A stretch of 64,000 nucleotides of DNA from Spirochaetia bacterium (GTDB lineage: Bacteria > Spirochaetota > Spirochaetia > SZUA-6 > Bin103), in assembly GCA_965203905.1 (NCBI GenBank), contig CBDBDQ010000005.1, positions 2,816,001 to 2,880,000 of the forward strand. Reading direction: 5' to 3'. Positions 61,206 to 64,000 of this stretch are shown here, piece by piece (the stretch's first letter is position 1; every line of letters starts with the position of its first letter). The notes under the pieces are model-generated. The model did not search any database, was not told where the DNA came from, and saw only the letters and a program-made list of their open reading frames with translations. The position numbers were made by a program, and so were the translations under genes.

Positions 61206-61331
61206 GCGGATTCCGTAAAGCTGCCTACCGCGTTCGCCACGGACCTCCAGGGGGCCAACCCATGTCGAACGGAACTTCATACGGCTGTTCTGCTGACTTC
61301 ATCTTCATCATCCTCGATCGGGACAGCCACA

Positions 61332-61364
61332 AAATGTCGGCATCGTGACGTAAGTGCCGACATC
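61332..61364. promoter_or_regulatory. Palindrome of the same type as the abiE operators, upstream of hicA
   Basis: AAATGTCGGCA-12nt-TGCCGACATC. Confidence 0.75.
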
Positions 61365-61442
61365 GGCGACCACTCTGGTGTTGCGCTCAAAAATGTACGC
61401 GGCTGTCCTCGATGCTCGGCGACGCGGGTTGCACGTTGAAAT

Positions 61443-61656
61443 ATGAACGGGCGGCAGTTCATCGCGAGGGTTCGCAAATGGGCGAGGGAACGGGATCTGG
61501 AGGTACGCTTCGTCGCTTCCGAAGGATCCGGTTCGCATGGAACGCTCTATGCCGGCGAGAACAGGACGACCGTCAAGGACCGGAAGAAGGAGATCGGCAA
61601 GGGGCTGCTGAACAAAGATGCTTGCAGACCTCGGAATCGACCGGGACGAATTCTAG
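61443..61656 (+). CDS. hicA: HicA family toxin, +1 frameshift near 61614
   Basis: GSGSHGTLY...TTVKD..KEIGKGLLNK; removing one A gives the tail MLADLGIDRDEF*. Confidence 0.85.
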
Positions 61657-61698
61657 ACGTAGCGCGCGACCGAGACGCCCCGCCAGGAGGATCGAGTC

Positions 61699-62136
61699 AT
61701 GTCTGACACCTACAACTATCCCGCCGCAATCGAACGCGACGAAGACGGTCGCTACGTCGTTGTGTTCCCGGATTTCGGCTGGGGCGCGACGGATGGCGCG
61801 ACGCTGGAGGAGGCGCTGAGCGAAGCCGACGATTTGCTGCGGGAGCTGATGGTCACGACGATGCGGGAGGGTAAGAGGCTGCCCGAGCCATCATGCGTGG
61901 ACAAACAGCAGTACTTGGTGGTTCCGCCACTATCGACAGTCCTGAAGGCAGCCCTGTACGAGGCGTTTCGGGAGGCAGGGATGTCGCAACGCCGCTTGGC
62001 GCGTGAGCTTGATGTAGCCGAGAGCGAAGTCCGGCGGATGTTGAATCCCGACCATGCCACCAAGGCAGCCACAATCGACCGCGCGTTGCGACGGCTGGGG
62101 AAGCGCCTCAGCGTGACCATCGACGAAGCGGCCTGA
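61699..62136 (+). CDS. hicB: HicB family antitoxin with C-terminal HTH
   Basis: YVVVFPDF..GATDGATLEEAL; SQRRLARELDV..EVRRMLNPDHATK. Confidence 0.92.
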   Translation: MSDTYNYPAAIERDEDGRYVVVFPDFGWGATDGATLEEALSEADDLLRELMVTTMREGKRLPEPSCVDKQQYLVVPPLSTVLKAALYEAFREAGMSQRRLARELDVAESEVRRMLNPDHATKAATIDRALRRLGKRLSVTIDEAA

Positions 62137-62188
62137 ACCGCTTGCGCCGTACCAAGACCTGATGCGGGGTCTCAGCCGTGCTCGGCGT

Positions 62189-63120
62189 TTACTGAACTAT
62201 CCTCCAGGGTCCTCCGTTCGTCCACGCTCCAGAGAGAATCGAGCGGCGCGCGAGTGCGCGCCAAGGAGTAACAAGAAACGACTGGATGAGATCACCAACA
62301 ATTCCGAAGTCGTCGGGCACACCCGGAAGAGAGTTCCGGACCAGATACGCGCGCCACTGCACGGCGCGAGCAGGATCGGCGTAGAACTGTGGCGTGAGAG
62401 AGGGAGGAAGATCGGATGAGATCACCGTACGGCGTCGAACGAAGGTCGCGCTGATAGACTGCGAGATCATGTCACCTGCGAAGGAGACGTGCATGGCGAT
62501 AGTATAGAGGTCGTAGAAATCCTTGTAGCGACTGGTCTGTTCTCCCAGCGAAACCATCGCGTGGAGCTTCTCGGCAACTACGGCTTCGGGTGGATACGCG
62601 CGGATCCATGGCTGTGGTGATCCTTCCAACAGATTAGGATATCGGGTATCGGTTGGAGGCGGCTCGATGGCGTCGCCGAATCCGACATCTATGCGCACCG
62701 GTATTCGGGCGCTGCCTACCTTGGCCCAGAAGTGGGCGCGAACCGCGGAGTACTCAGCGTGCTCTCGGATTGGTTTTACGCTGAGCGTCTCGACATCGAA
62801 AACGATACCGTCATCGACAACCGGCACAGCGCAAATGGTACGGATCGCAGAACGGACGCTGCCTCTGCCAGAGCGTCCCCGTACCCGGTAAAGTCGAGAT
62901 CCCGGGTGGGACGGTACGTAGAGTCACCCCACAGAGCGAGCAGCATAGCGCCTTTTAGAACAAGACGGTTTCTATAGTCGGACTCGCCGAGCCGGTGCAG
63001 GAATCGCTCCGCCGCGTATCGCTGCAGTAGGAACTGAAAGTCCTCATCCTTTGCACGGGCCCTGTTCAGCAGCCTGGTACGGACCGATGCCGCGACGTTT
63101 CTGAGTGGCCTGCGAGTCAC
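62189..63120 (-). CDS. abiEii: AbiEii/AbiGii nucleotidyltransferase toxin, one base missing near 62862
   Basis: LVLKGAMLL, RPTRDLDF in ORF 62776-63120; IDVGFGD, AEKLHA, SRYKDFYD in ORF 62189-62827. Confidence 0.88.
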
Positions 63121-63725
63121 GAGACCAGTGCCGCCTGCAGGTACGCACTTACGACGGACCGTGCCCGACAGGCATCGGCCGCGCTCATGATCTGGTCAGC
63201 CGTCGCCAGCCGAAGGCGCAACGCGTCGTGTAGAGCCTCAAGTGCGACGTCGAGGCCGATTTTGTTGCGATAGCGAAAACAGTCAACGACCGTGCGGGCT
63301 GGCGACGTGACCCGCACCGGGACCCCAAGGAGCGAGTGAACGACCACGCCGCAGGTGAGCATGGCTCCAGAGAAACGCACGATACGCACGCGTGCAGGAG
63401 CGCGCGCCGGCTTGCGCGCCTTGCGATCGATAGCGATCCACACTTCATGAGGCGCCTGCGTACCGATGTTGTGGAACTGAAGCGCAGTCAGCAGGCAGAT
63501 GATGGCTTTGGGGACGGCCGCAGCCACCATGGCTTGCGTTTCGGCTTCGGTGGGCTCAACCTCGGCGAGGCGATAGAGCCCGTTCCCGAGGTCTTCGACG
63601 GTACCGTCGGAGACGAAACCTTGCAGGCGACGGTGCGAGACCCCGAGCGGCGCAATGTCACGCGGATGGAAGAATGTGCCCAGGCCGGCTTCTTGCAGCC
63701 GCGCTGTATCCAGGGTGTCCGCCAT
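63117..63725 (-). CDS. abiEi: AbiEi type IV antitoxin / transcriptional regulator
   Basis: GNGLYRL, ICLLTALQFH, TSPARTVVDCFRYRNKIGLDVALEAL; ATG 63725. Confidence 0.92.
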   Translation of the reverse strand: MADTLDTARLQEAGLGTFFHPRDIAPLGVSHRRLQGFVSDGTVEDLGNGLYRLAEVEPTEAETQAMVAAAVPKAIICLLTALQFHNIGTQAPHEVWIAIDRKARKPARAPARVRIVRFSGAMLTCGVVVHSLLGVPVRVTSPARTVVDCFRYRNKIGLDVALEALHDALRLRLATADQIMSAADACRARSVVSAYLQAALVS

Positions 63726-63742
63726 CCGAAGAAGATGATACC

Positions 63743-63820
63743 AAATGTCGGCACTTACGCGCAACTGCCGACATTTAGTTCCCGGAAATGTCGGCAGTTA
63801 TCGTCAATGTGCCGACATCT
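63743..63820 (-). promoter_or_regulatory. Two inverted-repeat operators of the abiE operon
   Basis: AAATGTCGGCA-12nt-TGCCGACATTT (63743-63776) and AAATGTCGGCA-13nt-TGCCGACATCT (63786-63820); AbiEi antitoxins are known to autorepress via paired inverted repeats. Confidence 0.85.
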
Positions 63821-63915
63821 CGCTGGCCCAGCGCGCTCCAAGGCGTCGATCCAGGCATCGGGCCCGTGCGGCTTGAGGGTGGTGTAGAAGCCCGAACTGA
63901 CTCGGGCGGGGTCTC

Positions 63916-64000
63916 TCAGCCGTGTTCGCCGAGGTAGCGTTCGGCTTCCATGGCGGCCATGCAGCCGCTGCCGGCGGCGGTGACCGCCTGGCGGTAGACC
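63916..64000 (-). CDS. trxB: Thioredoxin reductase, C-terminal end (partial)
   Basis: VYRQAVTAAGSGCMAAMEAERYLGEHG*. Confidence 0.9.
   Translation of the reverse strand, partial: VYRQAVTAAGSGCMAAMEAERYLGEHG

Overview
High-GC bacterial DNA. The solute-binding proteins have spirochaete-style N-termini (FASGAEE, YAGGTQD), so the host is probably a Spirochaetota genome (inference). The backbone carries addAB, leuA with a Leu-leader attenuator, the 3' end of trxB, oligopeptide-type and sugar ABC importers without ATPases, a hydantoinase/oxoprolinase-racemase operon and carbohydrate-active enzymes. The main accessory signal is a repeated ~1450-aa protein: N-terminal RelE/ParE-like domain, SF1 (UvrD-type) helicase, long TPR-like helical C-terminus. 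There are two intact copies (6681-11006, 33998-38434) and two complementary halves (20555-21709, ~31174-33819) separated by a ~9.5 kb lower-GC patchwork insert. From memory, its helicase and post-helicase segments resemble eukaryotic TRANK1. It is a candidate single-protein sensor-helicase-ribonuclease defence system. Other accessory items: a Fic protein, an Rpn-like nuclease with 21-bp repeats, an AAA-PD-(D/E)XK nuclease, a three-module toxin-antitoxin cluster sharing an operator, an orphan attC-like site, IS1634/IS3/IS91 remnants, and several duplicated gene-end relics. Five isolated single-base frameshifts and a G22 run may be sequencing or assembly errors. No rRNA, tRNA or CRISPR array was seen. 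All alignments were done by eye; no searches were run.
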